Positions 20,155-30,566 of a DNA stretch of 61,702 nt are shown here, piece after piece (within the stretch, counting starts at the first letter, position 1; each line of letters opens with the position of its first letter). The notes beneath the pieces are model-generated. The model searched no databases, was not told the DNA's origin, and saw only the letters and a list, made by a program, of their open reading frames with translations. Both the position numbers and the translations under genes were made by a program. Source of the stretch: Bacteroidales bacterium (lineage in GTDB: Bacteria > Bacteroidota > Bacteroidia > Bacteroidales > WCHB1-69); the NCBI GenBank assembly GCA_045600525.1, contig JAZRYC010000159.1, forward strand, positions 1 to 61,702, given 5' to 3'.

Positions 20155-21957
20155 GTGCAGGAAAAGAAACGTTTTTATATTATTCTTGGAGCATTGGGTG
20201 TTTTAGCCCTCATCTATCTGATCAAACTTTTCAGCTTACAGGTGGTTTCCACTTCTTATAAGGAAAAGGCCAACCAGAATGCGCTTCGCTACATTACGGA
20301 ACATCCGGCGCGAGGATTGATTTATGATAGAAATGATTCGCTTTTGGTGTATAATGATGCCGCATACGACTTGATGGTAGTTCCCAATGAATTGCGCGCC
20401 TTTGATACGGCTGAACTGTGTCGTGTGTTGGACATCACCAAAGAGGATGTTATCAAGAAAATAGAAAAGGCAAAGAAATATTCGCTTATTGTTCCTTCTC
20501 TTTTCGAACAGCAGATTTCAAAGGAAGACTATGGATTTTTGCAGGAAAAGATGTACGAATTTCCTGGTTTCTTTGTTCAAAATCGTACTCTTCGATCCTA
20601 TCCGAATCCAATAGCGGCCCATATTTTGGGATATGTCAGTGAGGTTAATGAACAGGATATGGAGAATGATCCCTATTATCAGATGGGCGACTATATCGGG
20701 AAAAGCGGGATAGAGAAGGCATACGAATCGATACTACGCGGTTCAAAAGGGAAACGTGTTGTTTTGGTGGATGTTCACAACCGTGAGGTCGGAAGTTATG
20801 ACAATGGTTCGGAAGATATGGTGGCGGTTCCGGGCACTTCTATTTGGAGTACATTGGATATGCGTTTGCAGCGATACGGGGAAGAACTTATGGCCCACAA
20901 GAGGGGAAGCATTGTTGCCATTGAACCTAAGACGGGAGAGATTTTGTGTTTGATTTCCGCTCCCACATACGATCCCAACCTTTTGGTGGGTACGGCTCGT
21001 CCTAAAAACTATGCCACATTGTTGGAAGATCCCAAAAAACCGCTTTTCAATCGAGCATTGATGGCAAGTTATCCGCCAGGTTCCACGTTTAAATTGGCCA
21101 ACGGCCTCATTGCCCTGCAAGAAGGTATTGTTTCCGCATCAACGGTGTATTCTTGTTCGGGAGGCGGTTACCATATAGGAAGTCATGTCGTGCATTGCCA
21201 TAATTGCGGAGGATTGAATATATTCACAGCCATCCAGCGTTCGTGCAATACCTATTTTTGTCGCGCCTATTACAACATTTTATCTAATCGTCGGAAATAC
21301 AAAAATGTGCAGGAGGCATATACCGCGTGGTTGGACTATATGCATTCCATGGGTTTCGCTCAAAAATATGAAACAGACTTACCTTACGAGCTACAGGGAA
21401 GTATTCCCACAGCCGATTATTTTGACAAGAAATATAATAAGAGTTGGAATGGTAATACGGTGGTGTCCATGGGTATCGGTCAGGGCGAAGCGGCAGTGAC
21501 GCCGCTTCAAATGGCAAACATGTTGGCGGTAATAGCCAACAAAGGGTATTATATTCGCCCGCATATCGTTAGGGCAATTGGAAATAAGGATAGTTTGAAC
21601 AAGCAATTTAGCGAGAAGATATATTCAAAGATAGAGCCTCGACATTTTCAAACGGTGATGGAGGGAATGAAGTTGGTGGTTACCAATGGTACGGGACGAA
21701 CCGCACAGATTCCCGGCATCGTGGTGGCTGGAAAGACAGGTACTGCGCAGAACCCGCACGGAGCAGACCATTCTGTGTTTGCCCTTATTGCCCCCGCCGA
21801 CGATCCGAAAATTGTAATTTTCTGTCTGGTGGAAAATGGCGGATTTGGAGCAACAGTGGCTTGTCCTATTGCCTCTCTTTTAGCCGAACTCTATCTTACA
21901 GGTGAGGTTAAGCGAACGGATTTGGAAACACGTATGAAGGAAATCTATTTAAAATAG
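20155..21957 (+). CDS. mrdA: Penicillin-binding protein 2
   Basis: RGLIYDRN, PGSTFK (SxxK), SCN (SxN), KTGTAQ. Confidence 0.95.
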   Translation: MQEKKRFYIILGALGVLALIYLIKLFSLQVVSTSYKEKANQNALRYITEHPARGLIYDRNDSLLVYNDAAYDLMVVPNELRAFDTAELCRVLDITKEDVIKKIEKAKKYSLIVPSLFEQQISKEDYGFLQEKMYEFPGFFVQNRTLRSYPNPIAAHILGYVSEVNEQDMENDPYYQMGDYIGKSGIEKAYESILRGSKGKRVVLVDVHNREVGSYDNGSEDMVAVPGTSIWSTLDMRLQRYGEELMAHKRGSIVAIEPKTGEILCLISAPTYDPNLLVGTARPKNYATLLEDPKKPLFNRALMASYPPGSTFKLANGLIALQEGIVSASTVYSCSGGGYHIGSHVVHCHNCGGLNIFTAIQRSCNTYFCRAYYNILSNRRKYKNVQEAYTAWLDYMHSMGFAQKYETDLPYELQGSIPTADYFDKKYNKSWNGNTVVSMGIGQGEAAVTPLQMANMLAVIANKGYYIRPHIVRAIGNKDSLNKQFSEKIYSKIEPRHFQTVMEGMKLVVTNGTGRTAQIPGIVVAGKTGTAQNPHGADHSVFALIAPADDPKIVIFCLVENGGFGATVACPIASLLAELYLTGEVKRTDLETRMKEIYLK

Positions 21958-21958
21958 T

Positions 21959-23212
21959 ATGTATTCAGACCTTAATAGAAGAAATACAAAAGGTTACGAC
22001 GCACGTCTGATCATTTACTATATCGCTTTGGTGTTTATAGGCTGGATCACTATATATTCCACCTGCTATGTTCCCGACAGCGTTAATGCCATTTTTGATA
22101 TCAGTCAGCCTTATTGCAAGCAGTTGATTTGGATTGGAACATCTGTGCTCTTGGGAGTTTGTATTCTTTTTATTGACAATAAGGTCATACAACATTACGC
22201 CTATTATTTCTATGCCGTCTGCCTTTTTCTGATGTTATTGGTTTTGGTGGTGGGAACGGAAATATCGGGTGCAAAGGCATGGATTAAGATAGGCGAGTTC
22301 AGCATACAGCCAACGGAATTTATGAAAGTAGCTACCGCTTTGGCCTTGGCTAAGTTCTTCAACGAAGGAAAAACCAGTACGGAGAAAAAATTTGTCTGGC
22401 TGATTGTTTCGGGAATTGTACTGGTTCCGGTGATGGTCATCATGTTGCAGCATGATGCGGGTTCGGCACTCGTTTTTGCCTCGTTTATTCTGCTTTTTTA
22501 TCGGGAAGGACTTAGTGGTGGATTGCTCATATTAGTGCTAGTTGCCGCCTTTCTTGCCGTTTTCACCCTGAAATTCAACGAACTTTATGCCGTTGCGCTG
22601 TTGACGGTGGTTTTCATTATATTTTTTATCAGGGACAGAAACCAGAAAAAGAATATCAAACGCGACATCCTGATCTATGTGATCAGCATTGTGTTTGTCT
22701 TTTCTGTAAACATCCTTTATGAGAATGTCTTGGAACCTCATCAGAAGATCCGTGTAGCCACCATTCTCGGCCAAACCTCGGATCCCAAGGGTGCCGATTT
22801 CAATCTTAACCAATCCAAGATAGCTATCGGTTCGGGTGGTATCTTTGGAAAAGGGTATTTGAAGGGAACTCAGACAAAATTGAAATTCGTTCCAGAACAA
22901 AGTACAGACTTTATTTTCTGCGCCATTGGCGAAGAATGGGGTTTTATGGGAACTTTGGTTGTGTTTGGATTATACATTGCCTTAATATTGCGGATATTGA
23001 TGCTTTCCGAAAAACAGCGATCGCCCTTTGTGCGTTACTATGGATATGGTATTTCGGGTATTATCATCGTGCATTTTTTTGTGAATATAGGTATGACCAT
23101 CGGGCTGGTTCCCATTATCGGTATTCCGCTGCCTTTCATCAGCTATGGCGGTTCCTCTTTGTGGGCTTTTACGACAATGTTGTTTATTTTTATTAAACTG
23201 AATGATAATTAA
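21959..23212 (+). CDS. rodA: Rod shape-determining SEDS protein RodA
   Basis: IQPTEFMK, QSKIAIGSGG, PEQSTDFIF, PFISYGGSS; directly after mrdA. Confidence 0.95.
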   Translation: MYSDLNRRNTKGYDARLIIYYIALVFIGWITIYSTCYVPDSVNAIFDISQPYCKQLIWIGTSVLLGVCILFIDNKVIQHYAYYFYAVCLFLMLLVLVVGTEISGAKAWIKIGEFSIQPTEFMKVATALALAKFFNEGKTSTEKKFVWLIVSGIVLVPVMVIMLQHDAGSALVFASFILLFYREGLSGGLLILVLVAAFLAVFTLKFNELYAVALLTVVFIIFFIRDRNQKKNIKRDILIYVISIVFVFSVNILYENVLEPHQKIRVATILGQTSDPKGADFNLNQSKIAIGSGGIFGKGYLKGTQTKLKFVPEQSTDFIFCAIGEEWGFMGTLVVFGLYIALILRILMLSEKQRSPFVRYYGYGISGIIIVHFFVNIGMTIGLVPIIGIPLPFISYGGSSLWAFTTMLFIFIKLNDN

Positions 23213-23218
23213 TAGGTT

Positions 23219-24355
23219 ATGATAAAGAAAATATTTTCTTTCGTTTTGGTGGTTTTAATGGCTGTACCTATGTATGCACAGCAATTGTCCTCTTCGGAAA
23301 AGACGATTTTATTCTTAATACCTTTTTATTCAAAGGATTTCAATGAGGAAGAACTTTATAGTATTAAAAGCAGCGACGACATACAAAATGTAAAATCCTT
23401 TCAGTTAATGGGTTTTTGGGCGGGCGCGCAAGTGGCTTTTGACGAATATGCGAAGGCGGGTGCTCCGTTGAAAATCATAGTAAAGGATGTAACTAACAGT
23501 GAATCATATCTTCGTTCGATAATGGAAAACGAAACTTTGATGAAGGATGTTGATTTAATTGTGGGGCCTTTTTTCAGTGGACAATTTTTGATTGCTGCGC
23601 AATATGCTCAAAAATACGGTATTCCTATAGTCAATCCATTTACGACCAGGACGGATATTTTGAAAAACAATGAATATGTGTATAAACTTATCCCTTCTTT
23701 GGAGACCCAGCCAGCAACAATTGCCTACATAGTGGATCAATTTCCAAAATATCAAATTATAATGTTGATAGATACCACGCAGGAAAAGAAAAACAAAGTA
23801 CACACAACCTATGCCAACTATTTCACAGAACATCATATTTCCTTTAAAACAACTTCTTCCCACAGTGGGGTGATAGGTATGATGGATCAAAACAGGAAAA
23901 ACATCATTTTGGTTTTTAACAGTAATGAAGCCAAAATGCTTATGCTTTCAAGAGATTTGTTGTATAAGGCAAAATCGGAAGACTTTATGTTAGTGGTTCC
24001 TGAAACATGGATGAGTTCCAAAACGTATGATGTGGAATATTACTCCAGATTGAACATTCATTATTTTTCCGATTATTATGTGGATTATGACAACGAGCGA
24101 ACGCAACTTTTTGTGAATCGTTACATGGAAAAATTCAATGCGCCGCCAACGCTTGAAAATTTCGCCTTTCAGGGATATGATGTTGCTCGATTTTTTACGG
24201 AATTTCTGTTAAATGATAATGATATAGATCGAGTTAAAATCGAGCCCATTTCTTTTCATTTCAGTTTTGATAAAACTCCGGGAGGCGGTTATGAAAATAT
24301 AAACACCCAGTTCTTGGAAATATTAGACAATAAAGTGGAAAAGGTTTCCTATTAA
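23219..24355 (+). CDS. Type 1 periplasmic-binding-fold protein
   Basis: Signal peptide; DLIVGPF, IPIVNPF, AFQGYD. Confidence 0.65.
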   Translation: MIKKIFSFVLVVLMAVPMYAQQLSSSEKTILFLIPFYSKDFNEEELYSIKSSDDIQNVKSFQLMGFWAGAQVAFDEYAKAGAPLKIIVKDVTNSESYLRSIMENETLMKDVDLIVGPFFSGQFLIAAQYAQKYGIPIVNPFTTRTDILKNNEYVYKLIPSLETQPATIAYIVDQFPKYQIIMLIDTTQEKKNKVHTTYANYFTEHHISFKTTSSHSGVIGMMDQNRKNIILVFNSNEAKMLMLSRDLLYKAKSEDFMLVVPETWMSSKTYDVEYYSRLNIHYFSDYYVDYDNERTQLFVNRYMEKFNAPPTLENFAFQGYDVARFFTEFLLNDNDIDRVKIEPISFHFSFDKTPGGGYENINTQFLEILDNKVEKVSY

Positions 24356-25299
24356 TGTTTTATTTTTTGATATAGCCGCATCAGAGGTTTGCCTATCCAG
24401 GGTCTGGTGTATTGTATCATTTTAATAGGGTAGGGGGTTCCGCCAAAACCTCTGTACATTCTTGCCACATTTTCATTGGAAGATCCATTGAAATCAAAAT
24501 GATATGGGGTTTGCGCATTGTTCCGCAAATATTGGTCTATAAGATAAAACATGGGCTTGTCGGCAGCGGCCTTTTCATCCCGACCGGAAAACCAAAACCA
24601 GATTCGGTCATAGTCTTTGATGAAGAAAGCACCGGCAATCAGATCAGAATGATTTTCAGACCAAACGCCACAGATGTCCAGTCGGTTTATTTCCCATAAT
24701 TTGTTGGCAATCCTGTGTAATGTTTGATAGTCATTATCCTGATAATGAACAGCTTTGTTGCGTCCCCGATTATTTTGAAAGAGTTTGATTACGTCGTTCA
24801 ATATTTCGGCATCATATTCAAAAACCAAATGCTTTTTTTCAGCAGATTTGATGTTGCGTCTGACGTTTTGTGAAAAATGCGCGTATATATTCTCGTAGGT
24901 GTCGTTCAGTGACATTGCGTGCGAACAAAGTGTTGAGGTGTTTTTCTCAAAGAGAAGAGGATTGTTGCTAATGTTGAGAAGAAGATCTGTCTGTTTGTAT
25001 TCTTTTGGAATCGCGTCAAAAAAAGACTTGGTAAGTTCGGGTGAGATGGGTTCGGTGGAGAATATTCCTAGTTGGGAGCAGAAAAAGGGTGAAAATATAT
25101 AATCAATCCCCCATTTTTTTCTTACTGGCAGCGGCATTATGCTGGTATAGTCGTCCATAATAAGGGCATGCCACGTGCTTCCTTCTGTGAGGAGGTCCAG
25201 TATCCCGTATGTGGCCATAATGGTTGGGAACTTTGCCTTTGAAATGGTGTCGTCCCATTTGCGGGCATCTATGTCGTTATGCAGGACGAAGCGAATCAT
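24352..25299 (-). CDS. GNAT/FemAB-like acyltransferase
   Basis: FSQNVRRNIKSA, FDFNGS, MYRGFGG. Confidence 0.7.
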   Translation of the reverse strand: MIRFVLHNDIDARKWDDTISKAKFPTIMATYGILDLLTEGSTWHALIMDDYTSIMPLPVRKKWGIDYIFSPFFCSQLGIFSTEPISPELTKSFFDAIPKEYKQTDLLLNISNNPLLFEKNTSTLCSHAMSLNDTYENIYAHFSQNVRRNIKSAEKKHLVFEYDAEILNDVIKLFQNNRGRNKAVHYQDNDYQTLHRIANKLWEINRLDICGVWSENHSDLIAGAFFIKDYDRIWFWFSGRDEKAAADKPMFYLIDQYLRNNAQTPYHFDFNGSSNENVARMYRGFGGTPYPIKMIQYTRPWIGKPLMRLYQKIKH

Positions 25300-26360
25300 T
25301 ATACGAAGTGTTCCGCAATGCGCTTCATTTCGGAAGAGACATTGTTGTTTTCATAAAGAATGCCGTAGATGGTTTCCACAATGGGAATATCGGCCTGATA
25401 CTTTTTGTTGATTTCATGCACGCATCGACAAGCGGTGTAACCTTCTGATACCATGCGTAGTTCTAATAGAGAAACACGAACGGAAAGGCCATGGCCGATC
25501 ATAATGCCGAAAAGTCGGTTGCGGCTGTAGGTGGAGTATGCGGTAACCAGGAGATCGCCCAAATACACAGAATCAGAAATGTGTCTTTGGTCGTTAGGAT
25601 AGATTTTAGACACAAAATATTTCATTTCCTTAAGGCAGTTGGCCACGTATGCGGCAATGAAATTGTCGCCGTAACCCAGTCCGCTGTATATACCTGCCCC
25701 CAACGCGTAAATATTTTTTAACACAATAGAAAGTTCTGCGCCCACCATGTCGTTTGAAACAGAGGCTCTGCAGTATCGGTTGGTAAAGAATTTAGCAACT
25801 GTTTCGGCCAATTCCCTATTGGCTGAGGCCGCTGTAAGGTAGGTGAACTTTTCTTGTGCGATTTCTTCCGCATGGGAGGGACCGCTGATGATGGACATGT
25901 TTTCCAAGGGAACTTTGAAGCGAGTCTGCATGTAGTCGCTGATGAGCTGCATGGTTTCAGGCACAATGCCTTTGACAGCCAGGATGATTTTCTTTTTATG
26001 CAGTTGGCTTCTTTGCAAGGGTTCCAAAGTTTGTGCCAGATATGCGGAAGGGGTGACTATGATAACGTAGTCGGATTTGGAAACCACGGAACGAAGATCG
26101 GTGCTGACCTTTACATCTTCAGGGTTGATGAAAACGGAACTGAGGTATTTCGGATTATGTCCGTACTGGGCAATGTCAGCAGCAGCCTGCGGATCGCGCA
26201 CCCACCAGTGGATATGCTCCAAGTTGGAAGAAATGATTTTGATGATGGCTGTTGCCCAACTACCACTTCCAATGACCGCTACGCGATAGCGAAGGCGCGT
26301 TTTCTTGCTGCGAGGAACGACAGGTATAAATTCCTTATCAATCATAATCGTTTTTAACAT
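25299..26360 (-). CDS. gpsA: NAD(P)H-dependent glycerol-3-phosphate dehydrogenase
   Basis: GSGSWATA, HNPKYL, AVKG, SGPSHAEE, LKNIYA, GDLLVT, SRNR. Confidence 0.93.
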   Translation of the reverse strand: MLKTIMIDKEFIPVVPRSKKTRLRYRVAVIGSGSWATAIIKIISSNLEHIHWWVRDPQAAADIAQYGHNPKYLSSVFINPEDVKVSTDLRSVVSKSDYVIIVTPSAYLAQTLEPLQRSQLHKKKIILAVKGIVPETMQLISDYMQTRFKVPLENMSIISGPSHAEEIAQEKFTYLTAASANRELAETVAKFFTNRYCRASVSNDMVGAELSIVLKNIYALGAGIYSGLGYGDNFIAAYVANCLKEMKYFVSKIYPNDQRHISDSVYLGDLLVTAYSTYSRNRLFGIMIGHGLSVRVSLLELRMVSEGYTACRCVHEINKKYQADIPIVETIYGILYENNNVSSEMKRIAEHFV

Positions 26361-26489
26361 TTTTTAAGGCGGCAAAGATACAAAAAAGAAGAATATAAAA
26401 AAATGAGGTGTTTTAAGATATATTTTTGTTTGACTCCTTTTTCTTGTTGTCTTTTTTCGTACTTTTGCGCACATTCAAATAGGAATAAA

Positions 26490-28130
26490 ATGAAAAGATT
26501 CGTTCTTTGTAACGCTTTGTTTTTTATAATGATAGCGTTGTCGGCCCAACCCAAGGCCGTCCAAAACGTTATTGTTATGATTCCTGATGGTACCTCCACT
26601 AGTCTGCTCGCCGCCGCACGATGGTATCAGACTTATCAGAATACTTCTGAAACATGCCTGCATTTGGATCCCTATTTAAGAGGATTGTTAAACACCCATT
26701 CTTCGGATGCTCCCATTGGGGATTCTGCTCCGACGACGGCTTGTTATATGACGGGCCAGCCCACACAAACAGGTTTTGTTTCCACATATCCCGTTCATAC
26801 GGATCATGATTTGGTTTTTGTGGATTCTGCTCGCGCCTATCAGCCTTTGGCTACTCTTCTTGAAGGTGCAAAGCAGTTGAAACATAAATCTGCGGGACTC
26901 GTGTTTACTTGTGAATTTCCCCACGCCACTCCGGCCGACTGTGCCGCACATACCTATGATCGCGGACAATATGGGGCTATTGCCCCGCAAATGGTCGGTA
27001 ATCTTGTGGATGTGGTGATAGGCGGAGGTGTTTCCTTTTTAAATGAAAAGGAACAATCCTTTTTGAATGAACACGGATATAGTTTGTTCCTCAACGACCG
27101 CAATGGTATGAACAACTGTGCTAACGCTCCGATGTGGGCTTTGTATGATCCGGCCTGCATGGCGTATGAAATGGAACGCGATACCGCCACCACGCCTTCT
27201 TTGTCGGAAATGACCCGCAAGGCCATAGACCTTCTTTCCAAAAACCCCAATGGTTTCTTCCTAATGGTGGAAGGCAGCAAGGTAGACTGGGCGGCTCATG
27301 ATAATGACGCAAAGGCGGCTATTACCGATTTTCTTGCTTTTGACGAAGCCTTTGGAACAGCTGTCGATTTTGCTAAAAAGAATGGCGAAACTGTAGTCGT
27401 GGTCATGCCCGATCATGGAACCAGTGCCATTACCATTGGAAGTTCTTTTTCCAATCACGGGTACGATAAAATGTCTCTTGAACAAATTATGGCTTCGTTA
27501 GACAACTATAACCTTTCCACAAGTTCTATGGCACAGAAATTAAAGGATTTGAAAACGTCTGAGTGGCCTGAACTTTTCTTGAAATATTTTAATATTCAAC
27601 TTTCAGACGCAGACATAGCCTATCTGCAGTCAGCTAAAGATTATAGTAAATCCTCTTTGACAAAGGAAGAGCGAAAAGGAAACCTCAGTCTTTCCAAAAT
27701 GCTTGGACAGTTCCTCTATGCTCGTACGGTGTTCGGATTCACCACATTCGGTCATACGGGCGAAAATGTGTTTTATGCCATGTATCATCCGGCCGATGAT
27801 GTTTTGAATGGTTTCGTGACCAATGTGCAAATGCATCAATATCTCTGTCGCCAATTGGGCTTGAAGGACTCTCTGTCTATTTTGACGCAAGACATCTACG
27901 CTGACCACCATCAGGTTTTTGCCGATTATAAGGTGCAAATTGACAGCCTTGGAAAATATGATTACAGATTAACCGTTAAAAACAAGAGGAACACTTTGGT
28001 GGCCGATAGTTATACGAATTACGTGATGGTAAACAATAAGAAGATCGAGATTTCCTCCGTTATTGTGTATATGCCGATCAATGAAACGTTTTATCTTCCT
28101 AAGAATTTGTATCAATATTTGGAAAAATAA
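26490..28130 (+). CDS. Alkaline phosphatase
   Basis: MIPDG, GDSA (catalytic Ser), HATPA, EGSKVDWAAH, PDHG, GHTG. Start MKRF at 26490, after a -7 box TACTTTTG. Confidence 0.92.
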   Translation: MKRFVLCNALFFIMIALSAQPKAVQNVIVMIPDGTSTSLLAAARWYQTYQNTSETCLHLDPYLRGLLNTHSSDAPIGDSAPTTACYMTGQPTQTGFVSTYPVHTDHDLVFVDSARAYQPLATLLEGAKQLKHKSAGLVFTCEFPHATPADCAAHTYDRGQYGAIAPQMVGNLVDVVIGGGVSFLNEKEQSFLNEHGYSLFLNDRNGMNNCANAPMWALYDPACMAYEMERDTATTPSLSEMTRKAIDLLSKNPNGFFLMVEGSKVDWAAHDNDAKAAITDFLAFDEAFGTAVDFAKKNGETVVVVMPDHGTSAITIGSSFSNHGYDKMSLEQIMASLDNYNLSTSSMAQKLKDLKTSEWPELFLKYFNIQLSDADIAYLQSAKDYSKSSLTKEERKGNLSLSKMLGQFLYARTVFGFTTFGHTGENVFYAMYHPADDVLNGFVTNVQMHQYLCRQLGLKDSLSILTQDIYADHHQVFADYKVQIDSLGKYDYRLTVKNKRNTLVADSYTNYVMVNNKKIEISSVIVYMPINETFYLPKNLYQYLEK

Positions 28131-28160
28131 TTTATTTGATAATAATAAAATCACATAAAA

Positions 28161-29099
28161 ATGGAATCAACAAGCTCTTTATCAAACAGCAATCAAAATC
28201 AAGAACCCAATCCTCTGAAGAAATGGGTCATTTTATTAGGAATCTTGGCAGGTTTGTTCTTTGCAACCACCCTTTATTTTGGATTTTTTGCAAAACCTGT
28301 TTTGAACAAGGAATACTCCAAAGTGGAAAATAGCAACATTGAACTTCAATCGGAGTTAGATTCCCTTTTGGCAGAACACGAGAAAATCAAAGCTCAGTAT
28401 GGTGATCTTTCCGATCAGTTGAGTGAAAAGGACAGCATCATCATGGCGCACGCCGCAGAAATCGAACAATTGATCAATTCTCAGGCTGATTATAAGAAAA
28501 TTAAACGTCAATTGGAACGTTTGCAAAACATTTCCCAGGAATATGTTAAGGAGATGGACAAACTCTATCAGGAGAATAAGGTGCTTAAGGATGAAAACAC
28601 TCAGGTGAAGGCCACTCTTGAGCAGGAACGCCAAGACAAAGAACTTATTCAGAAGTCCAACGAAGATCTTTCTACAAAGATTTCTAATGCCGCTGTCTAT
28701 AAGGCTTACAATATTCGAAGCGCTGGTTATATGATGAAGGCAAAGGGAACAGAAGAACCTACCGAAAAGGCGTCTCGCGTGAAAAGAATAAAAACAACGT
28801 TCATTTTAGGTGAAAATTCACTTATAGAAGAAGGTCCTGTAAATGTGTATTGCCGTATTGCCGTGCCAGGTTCCGGCAAGGTGCTCACTCCGGGTTCCGG
28901 CGAAACATATTCCTTTGTTCACAATGGTCAGAGAATGCAATATTCTTCTAAAACAGTGGTGGCTTATAAAAATAAGGCACAAAACGTTACTTTGAATTGG
29001 GATTTGATGCCTGATGATAAAGCTATCAAGGGTCAATATGTGGTGCAAATTTTCACGGACGACCAATTCTTGGGAGAAAGTTATTTTACACTTAAATAA
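28161..29099 (+). CDS. Membrane-anchored coiled-coil protein with a C-terminal beta domain
   Basis: Single transmembrane helix, long heptad region, C-terminal KGQYVVQIF. Confidence 0.65.
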   Translation: MESTSSLSNSNQNQEPNPLKKWVILLGILAGLFFATTLYFGFFAKPVLNKEYSKVENSNIELQSELDSLLAEHEKIKAQYGDLSDQLSEKDSIIMAHAAEIEQLINSQADYKKIKRQLERLQNISQEYVKEMDKLYQENKVLKDENTQVKATLEQERQDKELIQKSNEDLSTKISNAAVYKAYNIRSAGYMMKAKGTEEPTEKASRVKRIKTTFILGENSLIEEGPVNVYCRIAVPGSGKVLTPGSGETYSFVHNGQRMQYSSKTVVAYKNKAQNVTLNWDLMPDDKAIKGQYVVQIFTDDQFLGESYFTLK

Positions 29100-29125
29100 A
29101 ACATTGTCGTACTAAAAAACAACTC

Positions 29126-30073
29126 ATGGTCAGTAGAAGATATTTGCGAACAAAAACAATGCAGGCTCTTTATGCCCATAGCATAAAGTCCTACGAAGAC
29201 CCTGTTTCCGCACAAATAGAATTAGTAAAGACAGTTAAAAACTGCTATGTGCTCTTTCTGTGGTTTTTCTCCATATTGCCAGAAGTCACTTATTATCGCA
29301 GAAACAAGTTGGAAGACTTTAAAGGCAAGAACAATCCAACGTATGAGGATCTGAATCCTAATACGAAGTTTGTGGATAATAAGGTGATTGAGCAAATGGA
29401 AAACAATGTCACCCTTAAGAAGCTCATTGAAAACAATCATATCAGCTGGTTGCAGGATACAGATTTTATCACCCGTCTTTTCCATCAGATTGAAGACTTG
29501 GAAGAATATCAGACCTATATGTCTAATCCTTCTAGAAGTTATGATGAAGATAAAAAATTGGTAATCGACATCATTGAGAATATCTTTGCCAAAGACGATC
29601 ACATGAGATGGTTCTTCAGTGAGAAAGAAACAAATTGGTTGGATGATTATGAGGAAGCATTGATGATGTTTTACAAAAATGTGCTCAAGTTCAAGGAAAA
29701 TGCCAGCGATAATTGCAAAATTCTCACATTATTCAAGGCAAATGATCGCGAAGATGAGTTTTTCTGCAAGGATTTATTTATGAAGACTATCCAACACGAT
29801 GCGGAATTTGAAGAGATGATTGAAGAAAAATTGCAGAATTGGGAACTTGAACGCGTCATAGGTATGGATATCCTTCTTATGAAAATGGCTATTTGTGAAT
29901 TCACCCAGTTTCCGTCTATTCCCGTAAAGGTTACAATGAATGAATATATTGACTTGGCAAAATTATATAGTTCTGAAAAAAGCCAGATCTTTGTCAATGG
30001 AATTTTGGATAGAATCATTGTGGATTTGAAGGAGCAGGGAAAACTAAATAAAGTTGGTTTGGGATTGTTGTAA
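29126..30073 (+). CDS. nusB: Transcription antitermination factor NusB
   Basis: SRRYLRTKTMQALY, NWELER, PVKVTMNEYIDLAK, FVNGILD. Confidence 0.95.
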   Translation: MVSRRYLRTKTMQALYAHSIKSYEDPVSAQIELVKTVKNCYVLFLWFFSILPEVTYYRRNKLEDFKGKNNPTYEDLNPNTKFVDNKVIEQMENNVTLKKLIENNHISWLQDTDFITRLFHQIEDLEEYQTYMSNPSRSYDEDKKLVIDIIENIFAKDDHMRWFFSEKETNWLDDYEEALMMFYKNVLKFKENASDNCKILTLFKANDREDEFFCKDLFMKTIQHDAEFEEMIEEKLQNWELERVIGMDILLMKMAICEFTQFPSIPVKVTMNEYIDLAKLYSSEKSQIFVNGILDRIIVDLKEQGKLNKVGLGLL

Positions 30074-30084
30074 AAAATATTGAT

Positions 30085-30546
30085 ATGAAAAAAATTGCGA
30101 TTATGATATTGGTGGCAGGTTTGTTTATGTTGAATTCCTGTCACAAAAAACCCGCCCAGGAAGGTGATTTTAAAGTGTCGGATGTGCATATTCCCCAGAC
30201 GGCCAATGGTCTTTCAAAGAAGGATGCCGATAAACTACCAGTTATTGAATTTGAAAAGACTTCTTATGATTTTGGTGATGTAGTCCAAGGCGAGAAATTG
30301 TCTTATTCTTTCAAATTCAAAAACACGGGAAAGTCAAATCTCATTATCTATTCTTCCGAAGCCACGTGTGGTTGTACAACCTCCCAACCGCCGAAAGCAC
30401 CTATTCGTCCCGGAGAATCTGGAGAAATTACCGTTACTTTTGATTCTAAGTCGCAAAATGGTAAAGTGCATAAGCGCATTTTGGTTGGTGCGAATACCTA
30501 TCCTGCGGAAACCATTCTAACCATTACGGCAAACGTGAACAAATAG
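30085..30546 (+). CDS. DUF1573 domain lipoprotein
   Basis: Lipobox LNSC; FKFKNTG, TCGCT, PIRPGESGEI; follows nusB. Confidence 0.88.
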   Translation: MKKIAIMILVAGLFMLNSCHKKPAQEGDFKVSDVHIPQTANGLSKKDADKLPVIEFEKTSYDFGDVVQGEKLSYSFKFKNTGKSNLIIYSSEATCGCTTSQPPKAPIRPGESGEITVTFDSKSQNGKVHKRILVGANTYPAETILTITANVNK

Positions 30547-30566
30547 ACGGCTGGGTATAGAATAAA

